From contig JACQAG010000022.1 of the NCBI GenBank assembly GCA_016195085.1, forward strand, positions 143,918 through 207,917: a DNA stretch of 64,000 nt, read 5' to 3'. A program made the position numbers and the translations under genes. Below, piece by piece: positions 1 to 8,543 of the stretch (position 1 is the first letter of the stretch; each line of letters opens with the position of its first letter). The notes beneath the pieces are model-generated. The model did not search any database. It worked only from the letters and a program-made list of their open reading frames with translations, and was not told the DNA's origin. This stretch comes from Pseudomonadota bacterium. GTDB taxonomy: Bacteria; Pseudomonadota; Alphaproteobacteria; SHVZ01.

Positions 1-1
1 C

Positions 2-781
2 CGCGTCCTCGGCGATCCCCGCTACAAGGCCGAGCTCATCGAGTCGCCGCGGGCGCAAGCGCGCTATCTCGGCATGAACCAGAGCCTCTATGCGCCCTTC
101 AAGGACAAGCGGGTGCGCGAGGCGATCTCGCTGTCGATCGATCGCCCAGGCATGATCAAAGGCCTCTACAAGGGCGCGGCGTTCCAGCTCAACGGCCAGA
201 TCACCCCGGGCGTGGCCGGCTTCGATCCGAAGAACGTGCCGCCGCTCAAATTCGATCCCGAGCGCGCGAAGAAGCTGCTGGTCGAGGCTGGGCTGCCGGG
301 CGGCAAGGGCATGCCTCCGGTCGACATCCAGTCGACCGAGATCTTCAAGGACGAGATCACCTACTACGCCAACCAGCTGAAGCGCGTGCTCGGCATGGAG
401 GTGAACGTCAAGATCGTCGAGCGCGGCACCCACATCAAGCAGATGAATGCCGGCGAGGTCGCCTTCTTCCCCTGGGGCTGGACGGCGGATTATCCCGACG
501 GCCTCTACTATCTCTCGCAGATGTGGTACGGGCCCAGTCCCTACAATCGGGCCCGCTACAAGAACCCCGACTATGATCGGCTCATCGAAAAGGCGCAGGC
601 CACCGCCGCCGACGCCGAGCGCTACAAGATCTACCACGAAGCCGAACGGGTGCTGATGGCGGATTGGGCGACGGCACCGCTGCCGATCCCCGCCGTCGTG
701 GCCCTGCGCAAGCCCAACGTCAAGAACGTGACGGTGACGCCCTTCGGCTATTCGCCGTTCAACAAGATCCAGATCAATTGA
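2..781 (+). CDS. ABC transporter substrate-binding protein, family 5 (peptide/nickel/opine type), C-terminal part; 5' end lies outside the window
   Basis: The frame is open from nt 2 (RVLGDPRYKAELIESP...) into listed ORF 74..781. Segments such as DRPGMIKGLYKG, FFPWGWTADYPDG and RYKIYHEAERVL are typical of the C-terminal lobe of DppA/OppA-like binding proteins. Two permease and two ATPase genes follow. Confidence 0.85.
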   Translation, partial: RVLGDPRYKAELIESPRAQARYLGMNQSLYAPFKDKRVREAISLSIDRPGMIKGLYKGAAFQLNGQITPGVAGFDPKNVPPLKFDPERAKKLLVEAGLPGGKGMPPVDIQSTEIFKDEITYYANQLKRVLGMEVNVKIVERGTHIKQMNAGEVAFFPWGWTADYPDGLYYLSQMWYGPSPYNRARYKNPDYDRLIEKAQATAADAERYKIYHEAERVLMADWATAPLPIPAVVALRKPNVKNVTVTPFGYSPFNKIQIN

Positions 782-834
782 TCGGGCACCGACGGAAGCT
801 CGTGCCGTGCCTCAGACGTTCTGTCCGCCTTTTT

Positions 835-961
835 CGTCATGCCCGGACTTGATCCGGGCATCCGTCGTATTCGTGAGCAGGCTTAAGAAGCAGAGGGCAT
901 CCAACGGCTTCTGGGGCGACCGCGCGTACGATGGATTGCCGAGTCAAGCCCGGCAATGACG
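835..961. repeat. MITE-like intergenic element bounded by imperfect 29-nt inverted repeats
   Basis: The left arm CGTCATGCCCGGACTTGATCCGGGCATCC (835-863) matches the reverse complement of the right arm GGATTGCCGAGTCAAGCCCGGCAATGACG (933-961) at 22 of 29 positions. The left arm also contains its own hairpin (GCCCGGA/TCCGGGC). The element sits in the 232-nt gap between the binding-protein and permease genes. From memory, the GTCATGCCCGG...CCGGGCAT motif resembles short palindromic intergenic repeats common in Bradyrhizobiaceae-type genomes. Only one copy is seen in this window. Confidence 0.5.
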
Positions 962-1013
962 ATTGAGGAACACGGAAAGCGCGTCGGGGCGATCGCACTA
1001 GTCGCGACTTAAG

Positions 1014-1952
1014 GTGCTGCGCTACGCCACGCGTCGCTTGATCGGGCTCATCCCGGTGCTGCTGGCCGCGATCATATTGACCTTCGCGGCCAACCAGCTC
1101 ATTCCGGGCGACCCGATCACGATCATGTTGAGCGATCAGTCGGCGAATAAGGAGCTGGCCGACCGCCTGCGCGCCCAGTACGGACTCACGCTCCCGGTCT
1201 GGCAGCAATTCGTCAACTACATCCTCTCCATCCTGCACGGCGACTTCGGATTGTCATTCCGCTTCGTCGGCGCGCATGTCGTCGATGTGATCTGGGACGG
1301 GCTGATGATCAGCCCGGTGCTCGCTCTCGCTGCCACCGCCTTGGCCGTGCCAACTGGCGTGGTGGTCGGCATCTTTGCGGCGCTGCGACGCAATCGTCGA
1401 GCCGACACGGCGGTGATCCTCGCGCTCGTTGCCGGTATTTCCATTCCTAATTTCGCCATGGCTGCCTATCTCGTGTACCTCTTCAGCGTCAAACTTGCGG
1501 TGCTGCCGGTGGCCGGGTGGGGCAGGCTCGACCAGGCCGTGCTTCCGGTGCTGGTCCTGGCGCTTCAGCCGGCTGCGCAAATCGGCCGCCTGTCGCGCAC
1601 CTATATGCTGGAGGTCCTTGGACAGGATTACATTCGAACCGCCCGGGCAAAGGGACTGCGCGAGCGCCTCGTTGTCTACCGCCACGCCTTGCGCAACACG
1701 CTCGTGCCCTTGCTGACGACGATTGGCATCATATTTGGCACGCTGTTGTCGGCTAGTTTCGTCATCGAGACCATTTTCAACATTCCAGGCCTGGGACGCC
1801 TTGCCATACAGTCCGTGTTCGCTCGCGACTATCCGGTGACAACGGCAATCGTGCTGTTGTTCACCTTCTTCTACACCATGGTCAATCTCGTCGTGGATCT
1901 GCTCTACGGTCTGATCGATCCGCGCATCCGCCTTGGTGGTGGGCAATCGTGA
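1014..1952 (+). CDS. ABC transporter permease, DppB/OppB type
   Basis: 312-aa hydrophobic ORF with a GTG start. The N-terminus MLRYATRRLIGLIPVLLAAIILTF and the C-terminus VVDLLYGLIDPRIRL are hallmarks of this permease family. GTGA start/stop overlap with the next gene. Confidence 0.9.
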   Translation: MLRYATRRLIGLIPVLLAAIILTFAANQLIPGDPITIMLSDQSANKELADRLRAQYGLTLPVWQQFVNYILSILHGDFGLSFRFVGAHVVDVIWDGLMISPVLALAATALAVPTGVVVGIFAALRRNRRADTAVILALVAGISIPNFAMAAYLVYLFSVKLAVLPVAGWGRLDQAVLPVLVLALQPAAQIGRLSRTYMLEVLGQDYIRTARAKGLRERLVVYRHALRNTLVPLLTTIGIIFGTLLSASFVIETIFNIPGLGRLAIQSVFARDYPVTTAIVLLFTFFYTMVNLVVDLLYGLIDPRIRLGGGQS

Positions 1953-2848
1953 CACTGGCAAGCCTGCCTACGGCCGATGCGGGGGCCAAGTCGGCCTTGC
2001 CTGTGCTCACCTCGCGATCGGAGTTCTGGATTCGCTTCCGGCGCAATCGGAACGCAGTGGCGGGTTCCGTGCTGGTGGCTCTCGTCATCCTCGTGGCCTT
2101 GTTCGCCGACCAGCTGGCGCCGCATAGCTACGAGGACACCGACCTGCTCTCGGTGTGGGCCGAGCCTTCGGCCGACCAGTGGCTCGGCGGCGACTCGCTC
2201 GGCCGCGATGTGCTGAGCCGGCTCATCTTAGGCGCGCGGGTGTCGCTGGTCGTCGCCTTCTCGGTGCTGGCGATTACGCTCTCGGTGGGCATTCTCTTGG
2301 GCATGATCGCCGGATATTTCGGCGGCTGGCTCGACTCCCTCATCATGCGCACGGTCGACATCGTCTTCGCCTTTCCCGATATCGTGTTCGCTATCCTGAT
2401 CGCAGCCGTCATGGGGCCGGGCGTCTTGACCGTCATCGCAGCGCTCTCGCTCGTCTGGTGGCCGGGTGTCGCCCGGCTCACGCGGTCCTTGGTGCTGGGG
2501 CTGAAGACCGAGCTCTATGTCGACGCGGCGATCGCCTGCGGCACCAGGCCGTTCACCATCCTGTTCCGCCATTTGCTGCCCAATATCGTGGCGCCGCTCA
2601 TCGTGCGCGCCTCGATCGGTGTCGGCTTCATCATCATGGCGGAGGCAACGCTCTCCTTTCTCGGCATCGGCGTGCAGGAGCCGACGCCGAGCTGGGGCGG
2701 CATGATCCGCGACGGCATTCTGCGCCTGCGCACCGAGCCATATCTCGGGCTCTCGGCCTCGACGGCGCTGGCGCTGACCATCATCGGCTTCAATCTCTTG
2801 GGTGACGGGCTGCGCGACCTCTTGGACCCGCGCGTCCGCGATCGCTGA
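1949..2848 (+). CDS. ABC transporter permease, DppC/OppC type
   Basis: 299-aa ORF. LGGDSLGRDVLSRLILGARVSL and the C-terminal LGDGLRDLLDPR are typical of this family. The stop TGA shares its last base with the next ATG (2848). Confidence 0.9.
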   Translation: MTLASLPTADAGAKSALPVLTSRSEFWIRFRRNRNAVAGSVLVALVILVALFADQLAPHSYEDTDLLSVWAEPSADQWLGGDSLGRDVLSRLILGARVSLVVAFSVLAITLSVGILLGMIAGYFGGWLDSLIMRTVDIVFAFPDIVFAILIAAVMGPGVLTVIAALSLVWWPGVARLTRSLVLGLKTELYVDAAIACGTRPFTILFRHLLPNIVAPLIVRASIGVGFIIMAEATLSFLGIGVQEPTPSWGGMIRDGILRLRTEPYLGLSASTALALTIIGFNLLGDGLRDLLDPRVRDR

Positions 2849-3840
2849 TGGTCAGCCTCTTGGAGGTCAGTGATCTTGCCGTGTCGTTCCAGGCGCTCGA
2901 CCGGCGCTTGACCGTGGTGGATGGCATCTCCTTTCGGTTGGCGCCAGGGGAGGTCTTGGGTGTCGTGGGTGAGAGCGGCTCCGGCAAGTCGGTGACGGCG
3001 CTGTCGATCATGCGTCTGCTGGGCGAGCAAGGCGCCATCGACCGCGGACGGGTCGAGCTGGACGGCCGCGATCTCACCCGCCTCTCCGAGCAGGAGATGC
3101 TGAGTGTCCGCGGGCAGGCGGTTTCGATGATCTTTCAGGAGCCGATGACCAGCCTCAATCCCGTCTACACCGTGGGCCTCCAGATCGCCGAGACCTTGGT
3201 CGAGCATCTCGGCATCGGCTGGACCGAGGCGCGGGCCCGCGCGGTCGAGCTCATGGGCGAGGTCGGCATCCCGGCGCCCGCGGAGCGGCTCGGTCAGTAT
3301 CCGCACCAGCTGTCGGGCGGCATGCGCCAGCGGGTTATGGTGGCGATTGCGATCGCCTGCTCGCCGCTTCTCCTCATCGCCGACGAGCCGACGACCGCGC
3401 TCGACGTCACCATCCAGGCGCAGATCCTCGAGCTCATGCGCAGGCTCCGCGACAAGACCGGTGCGGCGATCATGATGATCACCCACGATCTCGGCGTCAT
3501 CGCCGACATCGCCGACCGCGTCATCGTCATGTATGCGGGCCAGATCGTCGAAGAGGCTTCGGTTGCCGATCTTTTCGAGCGTCCGCAGCATCCCTATACG
3601 CGGCTGCTTCTCCGCTCCGTGCCGTTGGCGACGGCGAAGCGGCAGCGTCTGGAGGCGATCGCGGGCGCCACACCCTCGCCCAGGCAGTTTCCGAGCGGCT
3701 GCCGATTTCACCCGCGCTGCCCGGATGCGGTCGAACGCTGCCGATCGGAGATGCCGGTCCTCGAACGGACGAGTGCGGCCGGCGGTGTCCGCTGCTGGCG
3801 CGCGGGCGAGCCAGGCCTCCTTTCCGGGAGGCCGTCGTGA
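2848..3840 (+). CDS. ABC transporter ATP-binding protein, DppD/OppD type
   Basis: Walker A GESGSGKS, signature LSGGMRQR, Walker [13 protein letters not shown], and an oligopeptide-type C-terminal extension (HPYT...CRFHPRCP). GTGA overlap with the next gene. Confidence 0.9.
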   Translation: MVSLLEVSDLAVSFQALDRRLTVVDGISFRLAPGEVLGVVGESGSGKSVTALSIMRLLGEQGAIDRGRVELDGRDLTRLSEQEMLSVRGQAVSMIFQEPMTSLNPVYTVGLQIAETLVEHLGIGWTEARARAVELMGEVGIPAPAERLGQYPHQLSGGMRQRVMVAIAIACSPLLLIADEPTTALDVTIQAQILELMRRLRDKTGAAIMMITHDLGVIADIADRVIVMYAGQIVEEASVADLFERPQHPYTRLLLRSVPLATAKRQRLEAIAGATPSPRQFPSGCRFHPRCPDAVERCRSEMPVLERTSAAGGVRCWRAGEPGLLSGRPS

Positions 3841-4799
3841 GCGCGAAGCTGCTCAGCGTCGAAGGCTTGTCCAAGGATTTTTCCGTGGCCGCTTCCGGGT
3901 TTGCAGCGCCACGTCGGCTGCGAGCGGTCGAAGACGTCAATTTCGATCTGTCGCCGGGGGAGACCCTCGGCTGCGTCGGGGAGAGCGGCTGCGGCAAGAC
4001 CACGCTTGGCCGTATGATCCTGAGATTGGTCGAGCCATCGGCCGGCCGGATTCGGTTCGATGGACGGGACATCACGCGCCTCGCCGAGGCCGAGATGCGC
4101 CCGCTGCGTCGCCACCTGCAGGTGGTCTTTCAAGATCCCTTCTCCTCGCTCAACCCCAGGCTTCGCGTTCGCGACATCATCGCCGAGCCGCTGCAGAACT
4201 TCGGTCTCGATCGCCCAGCGATCGATCGGCGCGTGGCCGAGGTGATGGAGATCGTCGGATTGGCGCCCGAGTATGCCAGCCGGTATCCGCACGCATTCTC
4301 CGGCGGTCAACGCCAGCGGATCGGCATCGCCCGGGCGCTGGCGCTGACCCCAAAGCTGATCGTCTGCGACGAAGCGGTCTCCGCGCTCGACGTGTCCATT
4401 CAAGCGCAGATTCTCAACCTCCTCGGCGACATTCAGCGACAGTTCGGGCTCTCGCTCTTGTTCATCTCCCACAACCTCGCGGTGGTTCGGCATGTGAGCC
4501 ATCGCATCGCGGTCATGTATCTGGGCCGGCTGGTCGAGCTCGCGAGCGAGGAGGCGCTGTTCGAGCGGCCGCTCCATCCCTATACCACGGCGCTCATCGG
4601 CGCGGTTCCCGAACCCGATCCGAAGCGCCGCGGAAAAAGGCAGATCTTGCAGGGGGAGATGCCGAGCCCGCTCGATCCGCCGACCGGCTGCGCCTTTCGC
4701 ACGCGATGTCCGAAAGCGGAGCCCAAGTGCCGCGAGCTCGTCCCGGAGTTTCGCGAGGTCGAGTCTGGACGCTGGGTTCGCTGCCATTTTCCGGGATAG
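3837..4799 (+). CDS. ABC transporter ATP-binding protein, DppF/OppF type
   Basis: Walker A GESGCGKT, signature FSGGQRQR, Walker B LIVCDEAVSALD, and C-terminal HPYT...CAFRTRCP. Confidence 0.9.
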   Translation: MSAKLLSVEGLSKDFSVAASGFAAPRRLRAVEDVNFDLSPGETLGCVGESGCGKTTLGRMILRLVEPSAGRIRFDGRDITRLAEAEMRPLRRHLQVVFQDPFSSLNPRLRVRDIIAEPLQNFGLDRPAIDRRVAEVMEIVGLAPEYASRYPHAFSGGQRQRIGIARALALTPKLIVCDEAVSALDVSIQAQILNLLGDIQRQFGLSLLFISHNLAVVRHVSHRIAVMYLGRLVELASEEALFERPLHPYTTALIGAVPEPDPKRRGKRQILQGEMPSPLDPPTGCAFRTRCPKAEPKCRELVPEFREVESGRWVRCHFPG

Positions 4800-4834
4800 C
4801 CATTTTTCGAGATAGACTGGGATCGAGGGGGACG

Positions 4835-5914
4835 ATGATCTTCGAGCGAACCAACTACTATGCGAAGCCGGGCCGAGAAGCGGCCGTGCTCGCCACGCGG
4901 CGCAAGGCGAACGCCGTGCGCGTGGCGCTGGGGCTGCCGGCCGGCTCCATCTACCTCAAGGCCGGAGGCGAGGGGCCGGATGTGAGCTGGGAATGCGAGT
5001 TCGCCGATGCCGCGACGCACCAAGCCGATTTGAAGGCCCGGGCGGAGAGCGCCGAGTTCGAGCGCGTACGCAGCGAGATGCGGGAGGCCATCGCCCGCTT
5101 CGAGCGCCATCTGGAGTCACGCGATGCGGACTTGAGCGGCCGCGTCGGTGCCCGGACGTTGGCGGGGCTGCCGATCGTGCCTCGGGAGCTCGCCTTCCAA
5201 AGCGGCGGGCTGACACTCAAGGGCTTCCTCTACATGCCGCCAGGCACCGGGCCGTTTCCTTGCATGATCCGCAACCACGGCAGCGGCATCCAGCAGGGCA
5301 GCACGGATATATCGCGCCCCGGCACCGCAAGCTGGCTCTTGAGCTGGGGGATTGCTTCGTTCCTGCCGCATCGCCGCGGCTACGGCAATTCGCCCGGTAC
5401 ACCCTGGCGCCAGGATTGCTCGGCGGAGTTCGGCACGCCGGAATATGACGAGCAGATCGCCAGGCGCCTCGACGGGGAGAGTGACGACGTGTTGGCGGCG
5501 CTGGACTTCGTCGAGACCCTGCCGGAGATCGAGCGCGACCGCATCGGCGTGATGGGGAGCTCGTTCGGCGGCGTCAACACCCTGCTGGCCGCGGCCAAAT
5601 CGGATCGCTTTCGCTGCGGCATCGATTTCGCCGGCGCGGCGATGAACTGGGATCGAACGCCGCAGCTGCGCCGGCTCATGCTCGCCGCCGCGCATCGCCT
5701 CACCCGGCCCATGTTCTTCATCCAGGCGGCCAGCGATTACAGCATCCGCCCGACGATCGAATTGGCCGCAGCCCTGGCCGGCAGCGGCAAGGTGATCGAG
5801 TCCAGGATCTATCCCGACTATGGGATCAACCGCGACGAAGGGCACTTGTTCGAGAGCACCGGCCAGCTGCTCTGGGCGCCCGATGTGCGGCGCTTCCTGG
5901 AACGCTGGCTATGA
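4835..5914 (+). CDS. alpha/beta hydrolase (dienelactone-hydrolase-like) with an extra ~100-aa N-terminal domain
   Basis: Only the last 359 codons of listed ORF 3533..5914 look coding. The ATG at 4835 lies 35 nt after the ATPase stop and follows a G-rich SD-like stretch. Nucleophile elbow GVMGSSFGG (G-x-S-x-G), later acidic residue FIQAASDYS and His in NRDEGHLF. ATGA overlap with the next gene. Confidence 0.75.
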   Translation: MIFERTNYYAKPGREAAVLATRRKANAVRVALGLPAGSIYLKAGGEGPDVSWECEFADAATHQADLKARAESAEFERVRSEMREAIARFERHLESRDADLSGRVGARTLAGLPIVPRELAFQSGGLTLKGFLYMPPGTGPFPCMIRNHGSGIQQGSTDISRPGTASWLLSWGIASFLPHRRGYGNSPGTPWRQDCSAEFGTPEYDEQIARRLDGESDDVLAALDFVETLPEIERDRIGVMGSSFGGVNTLLAAAKSDRFRCGIDFAGAAMNWDRTPQLRRLMLAAAHRLTRPMFFIQAASDYSIRPTIELAAALAGSGKVIESRIYPDYGINRDEGHLFESTGQLLWAPDVRRFLERWL

Positions 5915-6750
5915 GCAAGGCGCGAAGCGGTGCCGCGCCGGGCGCGTGGTTGGAGGATCTCACCTGGCCCGAGGCGCAGAAGCGGTTCCGCGCCGGCGCC
6001 GTCGTCGTCGTTCCCATCGGCGCCCGCTCGAAGGAGCATGGCCATCACTTGCCGCTGAAGACGGATTATCTCTTGGCACGCGAGCTCGGCCGACGGGTGG
6101 CCGCGGCGCTGCCGGTGGTGGTGGCGCCGGTCATCGACTTCGGCTACTACCCCGCCTTCATCAACTATCCCGGAAGCCAGCATCTTCGTGCCGAGACCTT
6201 CGTTGCGCTGGTCAAGGATCTCATCGGCAATCTGATCGACCATGGCGTGACGCGGATCGCGATCATCAATACGGGGGTGTCAACAGAGGCGCCTTTGCGG
6301 ATCGTGCAGCGCGACATCCTGGTCGAATGCAAAGTGCGCGTCGCCTGCGCCGATATTCGCGGTCTCGGCCGGGCGACGAGCAACCTCATGCGGCAGAAGC
6401 TGGGCGGGCATGGCGATGAGCATGAAACCTCGATGATCCTCGCGATCGAGCCAGGCTCGGTGAAGATGGCGTTGGCGCGCCCCGACTACGGCAATATGCT
6501 GAAGGCGCCGCAGACCGTTTTCGTGCAACCCAGCACCTTCGGGGGCAATCCCGATTCCGGCATCGACTACAGCCTGACCGGCGTGCGCGGCGATCCGAGC
6601 CTCGCCACCGTCGCCAAGGGCCGCAAGATCCTGGACGCCATGGCGGGCGAGCTGGTTGCGGGCATTCGCGCGCTGTTTCCCGAAGCCTTCGCGGCGGTCA
6701 AGGCCGCCGCCGGCGCGGCACCAAGGCGCCGTCGAGGTTCGAAGCGATGA
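5911..6750 (+). CDS. creatininase-family amidohydrolase
   Basis: VVVVPIGARSKEHGHHLPLKTD and GGHGDEHETSMILA match the metal-binding motifs of creatinine amidohydrolase / MftE-type enzymes. ATGA overlaps at both ends. Confidence 0.8.
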   Translation: MSKARSGAAPGAWLEDLTWPEAQKRFRAGAVVVVPIGARSKEHGHHLPLKTDYLLARELGRRVAAALPVVVAPVIDFGYYPAFINYPGSQHLRAETFVALVKDLIGNLIDHGVTRIAIINTGVSTEAPLRIVQRDILVECKVRVACADIRGLGRATSNLMRQKLGGHGDEHETSMILAIEPGSVKMALARPDYGNMLKAPQTVFVQPSTFGGNPDSGIDYSLTGVRGDPSLATVAKGRKILDAMAGELVAGIRALFPEAFAAVKAAAGAAPRRRRGSKR

Positions 6751-8297
6751 CGCAAGGACCGCGCTCTTGGGATGAGACCGTCGATGTCGTGATCGTCGGT
6801 TTCGGATATGCCGGCGGCATTGCCGCGATCGAGGCGGCCGATGCCGGGGCGGAGGTGCTGCTCGTCGAGAAAATGCCGGATCCCGGCGGCATTTCGGTGT
6901 GCTCGGCAGGCGGCGTGCGCCTGGCGCTGGATGCCGACGAGGCGTTGGCCTATCTCAAGGCGACCAATGCCGGCACCACGCCCGATGCGGTGCTGGCGGT
7001 GCTCGCTCGCGGCATGACGATGGTCGCCGACCAGTTGCGGTGCTTGGCCGGCGTCAGCGGCGCCACCGTCGGCATCCGCGAGGCGGTGGGCAACTACCCC
7101 TTTCCCGGCGTCGACACCTTCGGCTTCGCCACCATCGACGAGCTCCCGGGTTTCGATGCCGAGAAGGCATTTCCGCAGGTCAGGGGCTCGATCTTCGGAG
7201 CGCGCCTGTTCAAGGTCGTCGCCGACAACGTGGCTGAGCGCCGCCGCATCTCGGTGCGCCTTGCCACGCCGGCGAAGCGTTTGGTGCGCGACGGCGATGG
7301 GGCGGTCCTGGGGGTGGTGCTGGATGGGCCATCGGGCGAGCGCCATGTGGCGGCGCGCCGCGCCGTCGTGCTCGCGACCGGCGGCTTCGAGGCCGATGGG
7401 GCGATGCAGGCGCAGTTCTGGCAGATCAAGCCGGTGCTCTCGGCTGCATTCCGCGGCAATACCGGCGACGGTATCCGCATGGCTCAAGCGGTCGGCGCCG
7501 GTCTATGGCACATGTGGCATTTCCACGGCTCTTATGGTTTCCGCCATCCCGATCCCGGCTATCCATTCGGCATTCGCACCAAACGACTGCCGGATTGGCT
7601 CCCGGGCAAGGGGCCCCGCGGTGATGTCCGCATGGCCTGGATCATGGTCGATCAGACCGGGCGACGCTTCGCCAACGAATACCACCCCTACCTGCAGGAT
7701 ACCGGCCACCGCCCGATGGAGGCGTTCGACCCGGAGATCATGCGGTTTCCGCGCATTCCCGCCTTCATGATCGTCGATGACGCCGGTCGCAGGCTCTACC
7801 CCTTAGGGGCGCCGACCTATAACGACCGGGGCGTTCGGATGAGCTGGAGCCGAGACAACGAGGCCGAGGTCGCCCTGGGCCTCATTGGCCGCGCCGCCTC
7901 GGTGGCCGCTGTCGCAGGGGCGATCAAAGTGTCCGAGGCGGCGCTCGCCGATACGCTGGAACGCTGGAACCGCGCCTGTCGAGACGGGCACGATCCGGAA
8001 TTCGGCCGGGCCGCCAGCACCATGGTGCCGATCGCCACGCCGCCATTCTACTACGCGCCGATGTGGCCCATCGTCTCCAACACCCAAGGTGGGCCGGTGC
8101 ACGACGCGCGTCAGCGCGTGTTGGACGCCTTCGGTCAAGTCATTCCGAAGCTCTATGCCGCCGGCGAGCTCGGCAGTGTGTTTGGCCATCTCTACATGTC
8201 CGGGGGAAACCTTGCCGAATGCTTTATCGGCGGCGCAATCGCCGGTCGTGAAGCCGCAGCCGAGAGCCCGGTCGGGGAGAGGGCAGCGGCGGACTAA
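6747..8297 (+). CDS. FAD-dependent oxidoreductase (fumarate reductase / KstD-like flavoprotein family)
   Basis: N-terminal dinucleotide-binding fold DVVIVGFGYAGGIAAIEAADAGAEVLLVEK, internal VVLATGGFEAD, and C-terminal KLYAAGELGS...GGN. Confidence 0.8.
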   Translation: MTQGPRSWDETVDVVIVGFGYAGGIAAIEAADAGAEVLLVEKMPDPGGISVCSAGGVRLALDADEALAYLKATNAGTTPDAVLAVLARGMTMVADQLRCLAGVSGATVGIREAVGNYPFPGVDTFGFATIDELPGFDAEKAFPQVRGSIFGARLFKVVADNVAERRRISVRLATPAKRLVRDGDGAVLGVVLDGPSGERHVAARRAVVLATGGFEADGAMQAQFWQIKPVLSAAFRGNTGDGIRMAQAVGAGLWHMWHFHGSYGFRHPDPGYPFGIRTKRLPDWLPGKGPRGDVRMAWIMVDQTGRRFANEYHPYLQDTGHRPMEAFDPEIMRFPRIPAFMIVDDAGRRLYPLGAPTYNDRGVRMSWSRDNEAEVALGLIGRAASVAAVAGAIKVSEAALADTLERWNRACRDGHDPEFGRAASTMVPIATPPFYYAPMWPIVSNTQGGPVHDARQRVLDAFGQVIPKLYAAGELGSVFGHLYMSGGNLAECFIGGAIAGREAAAESPVGERAAAD

Positions 8298-8543
8298 GGC
8301 CTCATACTTTCGTCTGATGCCGCCACTGTTAGGATTCCGTTAATCCTTCCCGATCCGAGGCGTGCCGACCGGTCCAGAGGGCTCGCTGCCTTTGGCGGCG
8401 GCGGCGATGGCGCTCCTTCATCCGAACGGATGTTCCAAGCGCTTCTTAGGATTTTCTTCATACTTTTGTCTAGTACACGCGAACCCCGCCGCCCTCTAGG
8501 AATGCCCCGCAATTGCGACCATCAGCAACAAACGGAGGCGGTC

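Noticed and set aside
3533-4834. The first 434 codons of the 793-aa listed ORF 3533..5914
   Set aside because: This part lies in an alternative frame over the two ATPase genes and translates to Arg/Ser/Ala-rich low-complexity sequence. Recognisable hydrolase sequence and a start context appear only from ATG 4835.
8430-8543. 38-codon N-terminal extension of the chemoreceptor ORF
   Set aside because: The downstream ATG 8544 has a GGAGG site at ideal spacing and begins directly with the N-terminal TM segment expected for the receptor. The extension is not receptor-like.
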